In this document: piece by piece, positions 7,933-16,278 of the stretch
Position numbering within the stretch: the first letter of the stretch is position 1
How the letters are laid out: the number at the start of each line of letters is the position of its first letter
DNA from: Ktedonobacterales bacterium
GTDB taxonomy: Bacteria > Chloroflexota > Ktedonobacteria > Ktedonobacterales > JADMIN01
Length of the DNA: 32,576 nt
Assembly (NCBI GenBank): GCA_039924685.1
Contig: JBDTAI010000351.1
Location: 1-32,576, forward strand
Reading direction: 5' to 3'
Position numbers and translations under genes: made by a program
The notes under the pieces: generated by a model
The model's input: the letters and a program-made list of their open reading frames with translations, nothing else
What the model was told of the DNA's origin: nothing
Databases searched by the model: none

Positions 7933-8907
7933 TTAGCGTAGCGTAGGCTTTGCTTTCTCTATCAGTTTATTCAATACTGAACTGCTGCTTACTTTTTGCA
8001 GGTCGTCCTGATATTTGAGCAGCGCCCCCAGCGCATCGCGCGCGGCTGATTCGGTCAATTCGATATGCCCCAGCGTGACCAGCGCCGCCAGCCAGTCCAG
8101 CGTCTCGGCGACGCCGGGCGCCTTGAAGAGGTCTTCGCCGCGCACACCCTGCACGAAGGCCACCACCTGCCGCGCCAGTGTCTCCGGCGCATCAGGCGCC
8201 CGCGTCCGCACGATGGCATACTCTTTCTCCAGCGTGGGATACTCAATCCAGTAGTAGAGGCAGCGGCGGCGCAGCGCGTCGTGAATGTCGCGGGTGCGGT
8301 TGGAGGTCAGCACGACCACCGGCGGGCGCTCGGCATGCAGGGTGCCGATCTCCGGGATGGTGATCTGGTAGTCGCTCAGGAGTTCCAGCAAGTACGCCTC
8401 GAACTCGGCGTCGGACCTGTCGAGTTCGTCAATCAGCAGCACCGGCGGCCGCTCGTGGCTGGCTTCGAGCGCCTGAAGCAGCGGGCGCTTGATCAGGAAC
8501 TCTGCCCCAAACACGTCATGTATGGCGGTGGCCGACGCCTGCTGGGCATTCCCTTCGCGCGCGCCATCGCGTCCGGCATCGAGCAGGCGGATATAGAGCA
8601 GTTGGCGCGCATAGTTCCACTCATAGACGGCGGTGGACTGATCGATCCCTTCGTAGCATTGCAGCCGGATCAGTTGTGTTCCCAGCAACTCCGACAGCAC
8701 ACGCGCCACCTCGGTCTTGCCGACACCCGGCTCGCCTTCCAGCAACAGCGGCTTCTGGCGTTTGAGCGCCAGAAAGATCGCTGTCGCCAGTCCACGGTCG
8801 GCGATATAGCGGTGTGCGGCCAACGCCGCCATCACGTCGTCTACGCTTTCTAGTGGCGTGTTCGCAGTGGCAGAGGGCCGAGCAGGAGCGGTATGGGGGT
8901 CGGTCAC
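7933..8907 (-). CDS. MoxR-family AAA+ ATPase (324 aa), no adjacent VWA/DUF58 partner
   Basis: GTG start at 8907 lies 6 nt after GGAGG. Walker A is LLLEGEPGVGKTE, Walker B VLLIDELDR. The MoxR-subfamily signature LIRLQCYEGID...AVYEWNYARQLL is present. The 107 codons upstream in the listed ORF are not protein-like. Confidence 0.88.
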   Translation of the reverse strand: MTDPHTAPARPSATANTPLESVDDVMAALAAHRYIADRGLATAIFLALKRQKPLLLEGEPGVGKTEVARVLSELLGTQLIRLQCYEGIDQSTAVYEWNYARQLLYIRLLDAGRDGAREGNAQQASATAIHDVFGAEFLIKRPLLQALEASHERPPVLLIDELDRSDAEFEAYLLELLSDYQITIPEIGTLHAERPPVVVLTSNRTRDIHDALRRRCLYYWIEYPTLEKEYAIVRTRAPDAPETLARQVVAFVQGVRGEDLFKAPGVAETLDWLAALVTLGHIELTESAARDALGALLKYQDDLQKVSSSSVLNKLIEKAKPTLR

Positions 8908-8928
8908 AACAAACCTCCGTCGGTGGCG

Positions 8929-8945
8929 TGTACATAATGTGTACA
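8929..8945. promoter_or_regulatory. Candidate operator / RNA hairpin TGTACA-N5-TGTACA, proximal to the moxR RBS
   Basis: tgtacataatgtgtaca was read directly from the sequence. It lies 22-38 nt upstream of the moxR GTG. Confidence 0.35.
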
Positions 8946-9009
8946 GACAGGAATTCAGGGGCGCTGATCTGGAAGGCGCTATCGCGTCGTCGGCGTATCG
9001 TCCTGGTAG

Positions 9010-9027
9010 TGTACACAGTATTGTACA
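9010..9027. promoter_or_regulatory. Candidate operator TGTACA-N6-TGTACA overlapping a putative moxR -10 (TACAAT on the minus strand)
   Basis: The plus strand reads tgtacacagtattgtaca. The minus strand reads TAGCCA-N18-TACAAT, so the upstream TGTACA half-site overlaps the putative -10. Confidence 0.35.
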
Positions 9028-9397
9028 CGCGCCGCTCAGGGGGTGGCTATAGACGCTCGTTCCGCCGCCTGTACCTGAGAGCAGGCGAGAGAGTGGCGCG
9101 CAGCTTGCGATACGGCGTTCTTGTGTTCTGCGCCTGAGTCTCCCAGTTCGCTGTGTCTTTGCTCCGTATCTGTTGTATGCGTATACGAGCAGAGACAGGA
9201 GTCCATAGGCGCATCCACCCAACTGCATTCCACCGATGCACCCTAACGAGGGTCTGGCGCGTATACGGTACAGTTGATCACATGCTGATCTGAAACGAAC
9301 GTCACACCGCAGTCTGTCGCGCTTACCGCGTCACACTTCATCATCATCGGGAAAGACCTATGCTGCCGTGATGAAAATGGGCGCAACTGGGAGATAG

Positions 9398-9408
9398 TGC
9401 GGTATAAT
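9398..9408 (+). promoter_or_regulatory. Candidate ftsH promoter -10, TGCGGTATAAT
   Basis: Perfect TATAAT at 9403-9408, about 120 nt upstream of the ftsH ATG. The 11-mer is identical to 1505-1515. Confidence 0.4.
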
Positions 9409-9529
9409 GAGTGCAGTCCCTGGCGCGCTGTTGTGATGGCGCGAGAACGCCAGAGTTATGCTAAAGAGGCGACGCCAACACAGGCGCAACGCCAGGAATT
9501 TCTAACACCAGAAAGCGAGGCGCGAGCGA

Positions 9530-11776
9530 ATGCCACGCAAAAAGTCGCTCCGAGCCACAGATGCCCGGCAGGGCGCACAGTCTAGCACTGTAGACCTGCT
9601 GCGCAGTCCCGATGGCGGCCCGCCTGCCAATCGGGCGCCCAACAATATGCCCGGTCCGAATGGGCAGAATCCCAACAACCCCAATCGCCCGCGCCAGACC
9701 AACACAGGCCTGGGCTGGCTGTCACGTATTCTGCTGGTTGTGCTGATCGTGATCGTTGGCTACAACCTCTATGCTTGGTTGAGCACGAATACTGGTCAGC
9801 AAACCATCGAGATGTCGTACAGCGACTTCTTGAGCCATGCCGACGCGCGTCAGGTCAAGGATATCACCATCCAGAGCGACGGCAACATCAACGGCGATCT
9901 GTATTCGACCCTCAACTATACTGAGCAGGATGGCACGAAGGTGTCGTCAACCAAGTTCCACACCTTCACCCCGCCCGCCAGTGATCAGCCGCCGATCAAG
10001 CAGTTGAAGACTGATGGCGTGCAGATATGGACGAAGCAGGCCAACTCGAGCGACTTCTGGGTAAACCTGATCTTCTTCGACATCCTGCCGATTGCGGGCC
10101 TTGTGCTGCTGCTCTTCTGGCTCTCGCGACGCGCGACCCAGAGCCAGCAGAATATCTTCAACTTCGGACGCAGCCGCGCCAAGCTGATTATGGAGGACCG
10201 CCCCAGCACCGCCTTCGCGGATGTCGCGGGTGTTGATGAGGCGAAGTCCGAGCTTGAAGAGGTGGTTGAGTTCCTCAAGACGCCGCAAAAGTTTCAGCGG
10301 CTGGGCGGCAAGATACCCAAAGGCGTATTGCTGGTTGGCCCTCCGGGAACTGGTAAGACGCTGCTGGCCCGCGCCGTGGCCGGTGAGGCGGGCGTGCCGT
10401 TCTACTCGATGTCCGGCTCTGAGTTCGTCGAGGTGCTGGTAGGCGTTGGCGCCAGTCGTGTGCGTGATCTCTTCGATCAGGCCAAGAAGGCCGCGCCAAG
10501 CATCATCTTCATTGACGAGATTGACGCCGTGGGTCGCCAGCGTGGCACCAGTCTGACCACCAACGACGAGCGCGAACAGACCCTCAACCAGTTGCTGGTG
10601 GAGATGGACGGCTTTGACACACGGCAGGCTGTGGTGGTGATCGCTGCCACCAACCGCCCCGATAACCTCGATCAGGCGCTCTTGCGTCCGGGTCGCTTCG
10701 ACCGCCGCGTGACGGTTGATCGCCCTGACTGGAAGGGTCGTCAGGCGATCCTCGCCATCCATGCGCGCGGGGTGCCGCTGGCCTCGGATGTGGACCTGCT
10801 GACACTGGCCCGCATGACGACCGGTATGGTAGGCGCCGATCTCGCCAATCTGGTGAACGAGTCCGCTTTACTCGCGGCGCGGCGTAATCTCGACAGGGTG
10901 AACATGCGCTGCTTCTTCGATGCGCTCGACCGCATCCAGCTTGGCGCCGAGCGTCCGCTGGTGTTGAGCGAGGAAGACCTGAATGTGGTGGCGGTCCATG
11001 AGGGCGGTCACGCGCTGGTTGGCCTGCTGACGCCGCACTCTGATCCGGTGGTCAAGGTGACGATTGTGCCACGCGGTCAGGCGCTGGGCGTCACGCAGTA
11101 TACGCCGATTGATGACAGGTACAACTACTCCCGCGACTACCTCTTCGGGCGCATCATGACAGCGCTCGGTGGGCGCGCGGCTGAAGATGTGGTGATCGGC
11201 GGCATCACCACCGGCGCGGAGAACGATCTGCAACAGGTGACGATGATCGCGCGTAACATGGTCGCCCGCTGGGGCATGAGCAGTCGCGTGGGTCTCGTCT
11301 CGTTCAGCGACCGTCCCAGCCCGTTTGGCGGCGGCAGCGACATCGGCCAGCGCGAGTATAGCGACATGACGGCGACGGTGATTGATGAGGAAACCCATGA
11401 CCTCATCGAGAAAGCGTACAAGCAGGTACGCGAGATGCTTGCCGAGCATCGTGTCACGCTTCAGCGCATCGCCACGGAACTGCGCCGTCACGAGACGCTC
11501 GACGCGAAGCAGCTTGCGCAGATTTTGATCGAGACAGGCATCAGTCTGGCCGAGGTGTCGCCCACACCCGGCGCCGAGACGGCCCCCACCATCAACGACA
11601 ACGGCGTCCCGAAGGCTATCAGCCTGCCTGACAGCAATGGCGGTAACGGTGGCAATGGTGGAAACGGCGTCAGCGTCAATGGTGGCGCTGGGGGTGTCAG
11701 TGGTGGTGTCGGCGATCAAGGTGGCATCACCTTCGCTCCCGGCGGTGGCAATACTGGCATGCCACCCGCCAACTAA
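9530..11776 (+). CDS. ftsH: ATP-dependent zinc metalloprotease FtsH
   Basis: Walker [19 protein letters not shown], Walker [33 protein letters not shown] and zinc site HEGGHA. It has an unusually long Pro/Asn-rich N-terminus and a Gly/Asn-rich C-tail. Confidence 0.97.
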   Translation: MPRKKSLRATDARQGAQSSTVDLLRSPDGGPPANRAPNNMPGPNGQNPNNPNRPRQTNTGLGWLSRILLVVLIVIVGYNLYAWLSTNTGQQTIEMSYSDFLSHADARQVKDITIQSDGNINGDLYSTLNYTEQDGTKVSSTKFHTFTPPASDQPPIKQLKTDGVQIWTKQANSSDFWVNLIFFDILPIAGLVLLLFWLSRRATQSQQNIFNFGRSRAKLIMEDRPSTAFADVAGVDEAKSELEEVVEFLKTPQKFQRLGGKIPKGVLLVGPPGTGKTLLARAVAGEAGVPFYSMSGSEFVEVLVGVGASRVRDLFDQAKKAAPSIIFIDEIDAVGRQRGTSLTTNDEREQTLNQLLVEMDGFDTRQAVVVIAATNRPDNLDQALLRPGRFDRRVTVDRPDWKGRQAILAIHARGVPLASDVDLLTLARMTTGMVGADLANLVNESALLAARRNLDRVNMRCFFDALDRIQLGAERPLVLSEEDLNVVAVHEGGHALVGLLTPHSDPVVKVTIVPRGQALGVTQYTPIDDRYNYSRDYLFGRIMTALGGRAAEDVVIGGITTGAENDLQQVTMIARNMVARWGMSSRVGLVSFSDRPSPFGGGSDIGQREYSDMTATVIDEETHDLIEKAYKQVREMLAEHRVTLQRIATELRRHETLDAKQLAQILIETGISLAEVSPTPGAETAPTINDNGVPKAISLPDSNGGNGGNGGNGVSVNGGAGGVSGGVGDQGGITFAPGGGNTGMPPAN

Positions 11777-11810
11777 ACCAGCACTTGGCTGGTAACTGGC
11801 GCACATAGAA

Positions 11811-11850
11811 ACACACGTCTCCTTCCCACATGTGGGAAGGAGACGTGTGT
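11811..11850. terminator. Perfect 40-bp palindrome, probable terminator after ftsH
   Basis: acacacgtctccttcccaca|tgtgggaaggagacgtgtgt has no mismatch and lies 35 nt after the ftsH stop. The T-tract is weak. Confidence 0.65.
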
Positions 11851-12043
11851 TGTAGACAGGAGGTTTCTGCATGGTAGGTGAAAAGTCGCACTTTTGTCAC
11901 AATGTGTCAGGTACTCTTTACGCTCTGCCATGTCCATGCTATAGTTTCTATAGTATTCTGCGAACACTGTATCCAGCGTAGTTTTTTGCGCTACGCGCCA
12001 CCCGTCGGGGCGTCCCCTCACGCGGCGGGAGAAGCGGCTTCTC

Positions 12044-12454
12044 ATGTCAACCACAACCACAAAACATTCACGCCATACAGCGACCAGCGCTGAGGCTACG
12101 CCGACCACTGAGGCGGATACGCCTACCCAGCGCAGCCACGAGCGTGTCATCTGCCCCGTCGCGCGCACCGCCGAGATAATCAGCGGCAAATGGACGCTGC
12201 TGATTATCCGCGATCTGACCTATGGCACGAAACGGTTCAGCGAACTTGAGCGTTCACTCGAAGGCATCAGCCCCAAGACGCTCTCGGAGCGTCTGGTTGT
12301 GCTTGAGCGTGAGGGCATGCTGACGCGCCGCACCTATGCCGAGGTGCCGCCCAAAGTGGAGTATTCGCTGACCGAGAAGGGGCAGGCGCTCGCCTCGGTG
12401 ATCGAAGCGATGCGCTCCTACGGCTCCGCGTGGCTCGATTGCAGCGCGCAGTAG
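12044..12454 (+). CDS. HxlR-family winged-helix transcriptional regulator
   Basis: CPVARTAEIISGKWTLLIIRDLTYGTKRFSELERSLEGISPKTLSERLVVLEREGMLTRRTYAEVPPKVEYSLTEKG is the HxlR signature. The N-terminus is Thr-rich, so the start is uncertain. Confidence 0.9.
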   Translation: MSTTTTKHSRHTATSAEATPTTEADTPTQRSHERVICPVARTAEIISGKWTLLIIRDLTYGTKRFSELERSLEGISPKTLSERLVVLEREGMLTRRTYAEVPPKVEYSLTEKGQALASVIEAMRSYGSAWLDCSAQ

Positions 12455-12457
12455 CAA

Positions 12458-12961
12458 CTACTCGGCGTCGCGCTCGATCAGAGCGACCGCATAGCAGGCG
12501 ATACCTTCTTGGCGCCCGGTAAAGCCCAGGCCGTCGGTGGTCTTCGACTTGACGCTGACGCACTCGAGCGCGATTCCCATGCCCTCGGCCAGTCGCCCCC
12601 GGATCGCGGCGATATGCGGCGACATGCGCGGACGCTCGGTGACGATGGTGATGTCGACATTGCCTAAGCGCCATCCTCCTTCACGCAACATAGCCAGCGT
12701 TGCGGTAAGAAATGCCGCGCTGGGAGCGTCCTGCCAGCGCGGATCACTCGACGGGAAGTAGGCGCCGATGTCGCCCAGCGCCGCAGCGCCCAGCAGCGCA
12801 TCCACCAGCGCATGGAGCAGCACATCGGCGTCTGAGTGGCCCGCCAGGCCATGCTCATGCGGAATCGCCACCCCACCGATCATCAGCGGGCGTCCGGCCT
12901 CGGCGGGCGCAAAGCCATGCACATCGTAGCCCATCCCCACTCGTGTGATCATCACTGCCAT
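12458..12961 (-). CDS. ispF: 2-C-methyl-D-erythritol 2,4-cyclodiphosphate synthase
   Basis: SD AAAGGAG lies upstream. Motifs GMGYDVHGF and GHSDADVLLHALVDALLGAAALGDIG are present. Confidence 0.95.
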   Translation of the reverse strand: MAVMITRVGMGYDVHGFAPAEAGRPLMIGGVAIPHEHGLAGHSDADVLLHALVDALLGAAALGDIGAYFPSSDPRWQDAPSAAFLTATLAMLREGGWRLGNVDITIVTERPRMSPHIAAIRGRLAEGMGIALECVSVKSKTTDGLGFTGRQEGIACYAVALIERDAE

Positions 12962-13091
12962 TGCGGTGTACTCCTTTCCTCACGCTCTTCCTCACGCTGT
13001 TTTCTCACTCAATGGGCGCCTTGACCTCACCCATCGCCCCTCTTTTTGCGGCAGAGGGAAGGATACTAGCCTGTCATGGGATGGTCGAGGC

Positions 13092-15632
13092 TCAGTCCGA
13101 CGGTGGCAGATGGAAGAAGGCATTGAGGATCGCCTTGCTCACCGGCACGGCGAACCGTTCACCCGAGGCTGAGTATTCAACCAGCGTGCCGATAGCAATC
13201 TGTGGCTTCACCGGTGGCCCTGAGAGTTTGGCGACTGGCGCATAGACCGAGAACCAGGCGTGCGGGAGTGGCTGACCCGATTCCGCCGTGCCGGTCTTGC
13301 CTGCGACGGTGATCGGATAGTTCCTGAACTCAGCCGATGTCGTGCCATTGGGATCGTAGATCGGGCCAAGCATCGCCACCTGCAAGACACTGAGATTGTC
13401 GGCGCTCAGGGGCAACATCCCGATCTGTTTGGCGGGGAAGGTGATGAGAGTCGCGCCACTGGCGGCTGTCACGCTGCTGACCAGTCGCGCCTGCATCCTC
13501 ACGCCGTTGTTGGCGATGGCGGCGGTCGCCATCGCCACCTGCGCTGGCGTCGCCTGGAAGAAGCCTTGCCCGATGCCCAGGTTGGCGGCGTCGGTCGCCG
13601 TCCATTGCCCATTCTCGTGTTGCTGAAGCCACTGGGGGTCAGGGACAAGGCCGGGATTTTCGGCGCCAACTGGCAGCCCAATCATGCCGGTTGGCGCCCC
13701 ATAGCCAAAGGCTTTGGCGACGTTCGGCAACAGGTTGGGGTCTTTGCTGTTGAGCAAAACGGCGATCTTCCAGAACACCACATCGCATGAGGGGCCGAGG
13801 GCATCGGGCGCAGTGAGATTGCCGTGGCCCAGGGGCGCATCATCGTGACTCACACTTGCCGCCCCTGGCACCTGATAGAGTCCCGTACACGTAAATATCT
13901 GGGCTGGCGTCACGCCGTTCTGCAAGCCCGCCGAGAGCGTGACCAGCTTGAAGTTCGAGCCGATGGGATCGGCGGTGGCATAGGCGCGGTTGACGTAAGG
14001 ATGATCCTCGGCGTTGAGCCGCGCCAGCTCGTTTTGTGTGATGCCCAGCGAAAAATCGTTGGGGTCATACGTTGGATTGCTGCCCAGCGTCAACACTTCG
14101 CCGGTCGTTGGGTCAAGCGCCACCGTGCCGCCACTGTGGCCGCTCTGCTTGCGCAGGCTCGCCATCGCCGCCTGTTGCAGGGCAAGCGCGATGGTGGTGT
14201 GGATGTCGGCGCCATTACCAGCGGCGCGTGTCGCCAGCGTGTAGATTGCCTGGCCGAGGGTGCCATCGGCGTTGGTGGCGGCGATCACCAGTGAGCCACC
14301 CTTGCCGGGGCGCAGATACTGCTCACCCCACGCCTCGATGCCTGCGCGCCCGATCACATCGCCTGATACGTAGTAGTGGCTCGTGTCATTCTTGATGTCG
14401 TCAGGCGAGACCTGCCCGAGGTAGCCCGTTACGGGCGCCAAATCCTGCCCAAAGGGATAGACGCGGCCTGTCGTGGTCTGCGCCTGCACGCCCGCCACTG
14501 CATTCAACGCGCCGCTAATCGAGGCATAGAGCATTGGCGTGATGGTGCGGATGGCGGCGAACTGGTTGGTGGGAGCGCCTGCATAGGCCGCCGTCACCTG
14601 GGCGGGTGTCAGATCGAGGTTGACGCTCAACACGCTCGACACCTGCGCCGCGTTGGTGATCTTGCTGGGAACGACGCCCACCACATAGACTGTCTCATCT
14701 TTGGCAAGCACATTGCCGTCGCGGTCGAAGATCGTGCCGCGCAAACCACTAGCAGTGTAGAGATGCACCTTGCGCGTATAGGTGGGATCGTTGGCGTCGT
14801 CGAGCTGTGCAAAGATCAGCCCCGGACTCCAATCTACATGCCAGTGGCCCTGTTCATCCACCAGTGGAATCGTGATGTCCTGGGCGATGTCGCCGACGCG
14901 GGCGCTGGTCAGCACCTCACGCACCGGCACGGTGACATGCGTATCGTCAACCTTCTGCGCCGCGCCGGGGGTCGTCAGGATGTCTACGATCTGCGCCTCC
15001 GCCAGAATCGAGGAGGTGCGCGTCACGATATAGTCGTGGGCGTCCTTGAAGTCGCCGCGCAGGATGTGCTTGTCGCTGAATCGCTGGCGGCTGGCGTTCG
15101 AGGTGAGCGCATACATCGCCTCGTAGTTTCCGCTGCTGAAGTCGTTGAGATAGGCGTTGGCGACCTGGCACGGCGTCCCCTTCGCGCAGCCATTGATGTT
15201 GAGGATTGATTGCCCATTGTGGAAGAGTGGATAGAGATAATAGGCGCCGCCCGCCAGCAGCGCAATGATCAGCACGATGCTCAGAGTAGCGCCGAGGCGG
15301 CGGTTGCGGCGTTGTAGCTGCTGTGGCGTCTTTGCGGAGCGGGCGAGTTGCGCGCCGCTGGGATAGAAGCCCGGTGGCAATTGTTGTGTGCGCGGAAGCT
15401 CTTCCTCGTCGAGCCCGGCTGGCATGGAGCGTCCATCGGGGCCGATCTGCGACGTGAAGCGCGGCTTTGTAGGCGTGGCGCCGGCTGCCGGGCCGACCTG
15501 CTGTGTCGGCATATCAGTAACATCCGACGACGGTTCGTTTGCTCCGGTGGCCCCAGACATATCCTCACGCATTGATAGCCCCATTTCATAGCGGATAATG
15601 ACAGATGAGAGTCGTAACGCCGTAGCGGGCAC
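13092..15632 (-). CDS. Class-B penicillin-binding protein (peptidoglycan D,D-transpeptidase) with cytoplasmic tail, TM anchor and NTF2-like (MecA_N-type) domain
   Basis: SxxK is GSNFKLVT and KTG is AGKTGTAE. The NTF2-like segment is VANAYLNDFSSGNYEAMYALTS. The true start is probably an internal ATG at 15584, 15572 or 15560. Confidence 0.9.
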   Translation of the reverse strand: MPATALRLSSVIIRYEMGLSMREDMSGATGANEPSSDVTDMPTQQVGPAAGATPTKPRFTSQIGPDGRSMPAGLDEEELPRTQQLPPGFYPSGAQLARSAKTPQQLQRRNRRLGATLSIVLIIALLAGGAYYLYPLFHNGQSILNINGCAKGTPCQVANAYLNDFSSGNYEAMYALTSNASRQRFSDKHILRGDFKDAHDYIVTRTSSILAEAQIVDILTTPGAAQKVDDTHVTVPVREVLTSARVGDIAQDITIPLVDEQGHWHVDWSPGLIFAQLDDANDPTYTRKVHLYTASGLRGTIFDRDGNVLAKDETVYVVGVVPSKITNAAQVSSVLSVNLDLTPAQVTAAYAGAPTNQFAAIRTITPMLYASISGALNAVAGVQAQTTTGRVYPFGQDLAPVTGYLGQVSPDDIKNDTSHYYVSGDVIGRAGIEAWGEQYLRPGKGGSLVIAATNADGTLGQAIYTLATRAAGNGADIHTTIALALQQAAMASLRKQSGHSGGTVALDPTTGEVLTLGSNPTYDPNDFSLGITQNELARLNAEDHPYVNRAYATADPIGSNFKLVTLSAGLQNGVTPAQIFTCTGLYQVPGAASVSHDDAPLGHGNLTAPDALGPSCDVVFWKIAVLLNSKDPNLLPNVAKAFGYGAPTGMIGLPVGAENPGLVPDPQWLQQHENGQWTATDAANLGIGQGFFQATPAQVAMATAAIANNGVRMQARLVSSVTAASGATLITFPAKQIGMLPLSADNLSVLQVAMLGPIYDPNGTTSAEFRNYPITVAGKTGTAESGQPLPHAWFSVYAPVAKLSGPPVKPQIAIGTLVEYSASGERFAVPVSKAILNAFFHLPPSD

Positions 15633-15767
15633 GCATGGGCTGACAGACGCTACCCAACCTCAGCCGAATTGCCTAACTGATTGTATAACGAACTTATCTG
15701 CCAGCGCCGTATCGGCTGTGTGAACACGCTCACATATGGCGTAATATGGCCTACACGCGCCAGCGGA

Positions 15768-16184
15768 CTATGGTGTAACGCGATGTCCAGCCTGCTCCAA
15801 CGCCTGCCGCGCCTCTATCAGCCGCTCATTCTTGACGAAGATGTAGTCTGTGTCATAGGTGGAGAGCGCCAGAATATTGACGTCCGCAGTCGCCAGAGGC
15901 GCCAGCAGCGAAGCCAGGATGCCTGTCAGCGCGAGATCGAGCGGCCCCTGGATGACGAGGCCACGCCATCCGCGCTCACATACGACATCCGCAGGAACGA
16001 TGTCTTCCACACAGAGAATCGAAAGCTCGTCGGCTGTGCGCGTGATGGAGCAGAACGCATGGGGACTGGCGCGTTCCACGTTGAGCAATGTGAGGCATAT
16101 GAGCCATGTGGGTAATGGCGCATTCGCAGCCAGACGGCAAATCGCAAACGTGTGTGGCACAATAGACAGTGTCAACGCTGACAT
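15768..16184 (-). CDS. ACT-domain (ACT_7/CASTOR-like) small-molecule-binding protein
   Basis: ATG at 16184 lies 6 nt after AGGTGAT. The pattern ...FAICRL...FCSITRTADELSILC...GPLDLALTGILASLLAPLATADVNILALSTYDTDYIFV is typical of this family. Confidence 0.8.
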   Translation of the reverse strand: MSALTLSIVPHTFAICRLAANAPLPTWLICLTLLNVERASPHAFCSITRTADELSILCVEDIVPADVVCERGWRGLVIQGPLDLALTGILASLLAPLATADVNILALSTYDTDYIFVKNERLIEARQALEQAGHRVTP

Positions 16185-16190
16185 AGCCCC

Positions 16191-16235
16191 ATCACCTGCT
16201 CTCACCTGCTCTCACCTGCTCTCACCTGTACTCAC
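16191..16235. repeat. 10-bp tandem repeat (ctcacctgct) x4.5, equal to four AGGTGA Shine-Dalgarno-like motifs on the minus strand
   Basis: Read directly as atcacctgct/ctcacctgct/ctcacctgct/ctcacctgta/ctcac. It ends 7 nt from the ACT gene start codon. Confidence 0.95.
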
Positions 16236-16278
16236 GCGCACACTTTTCGACTAGCTGCTTTGCCTGGAAGGAGACACG

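Noticed and set aside
9397-9585. A 62-aa ORF in the ftsH leader that overlaps the ftsH start.
   Set aside because: It has no SD and starts inside the -10 element. It is more simply explained as an untranslated leader with CTGGCG...CGCCAG (9421-9453) and GGCG-caa-CGCC stems.
11773-12189. A 138-aa minus-strand ORF spanning the ftsH-hxlR spacer.
   Set aside because: It overlaps the hxlR N-terminus and the terminator palindrome. It has no SD and its sequence is not protein-like.
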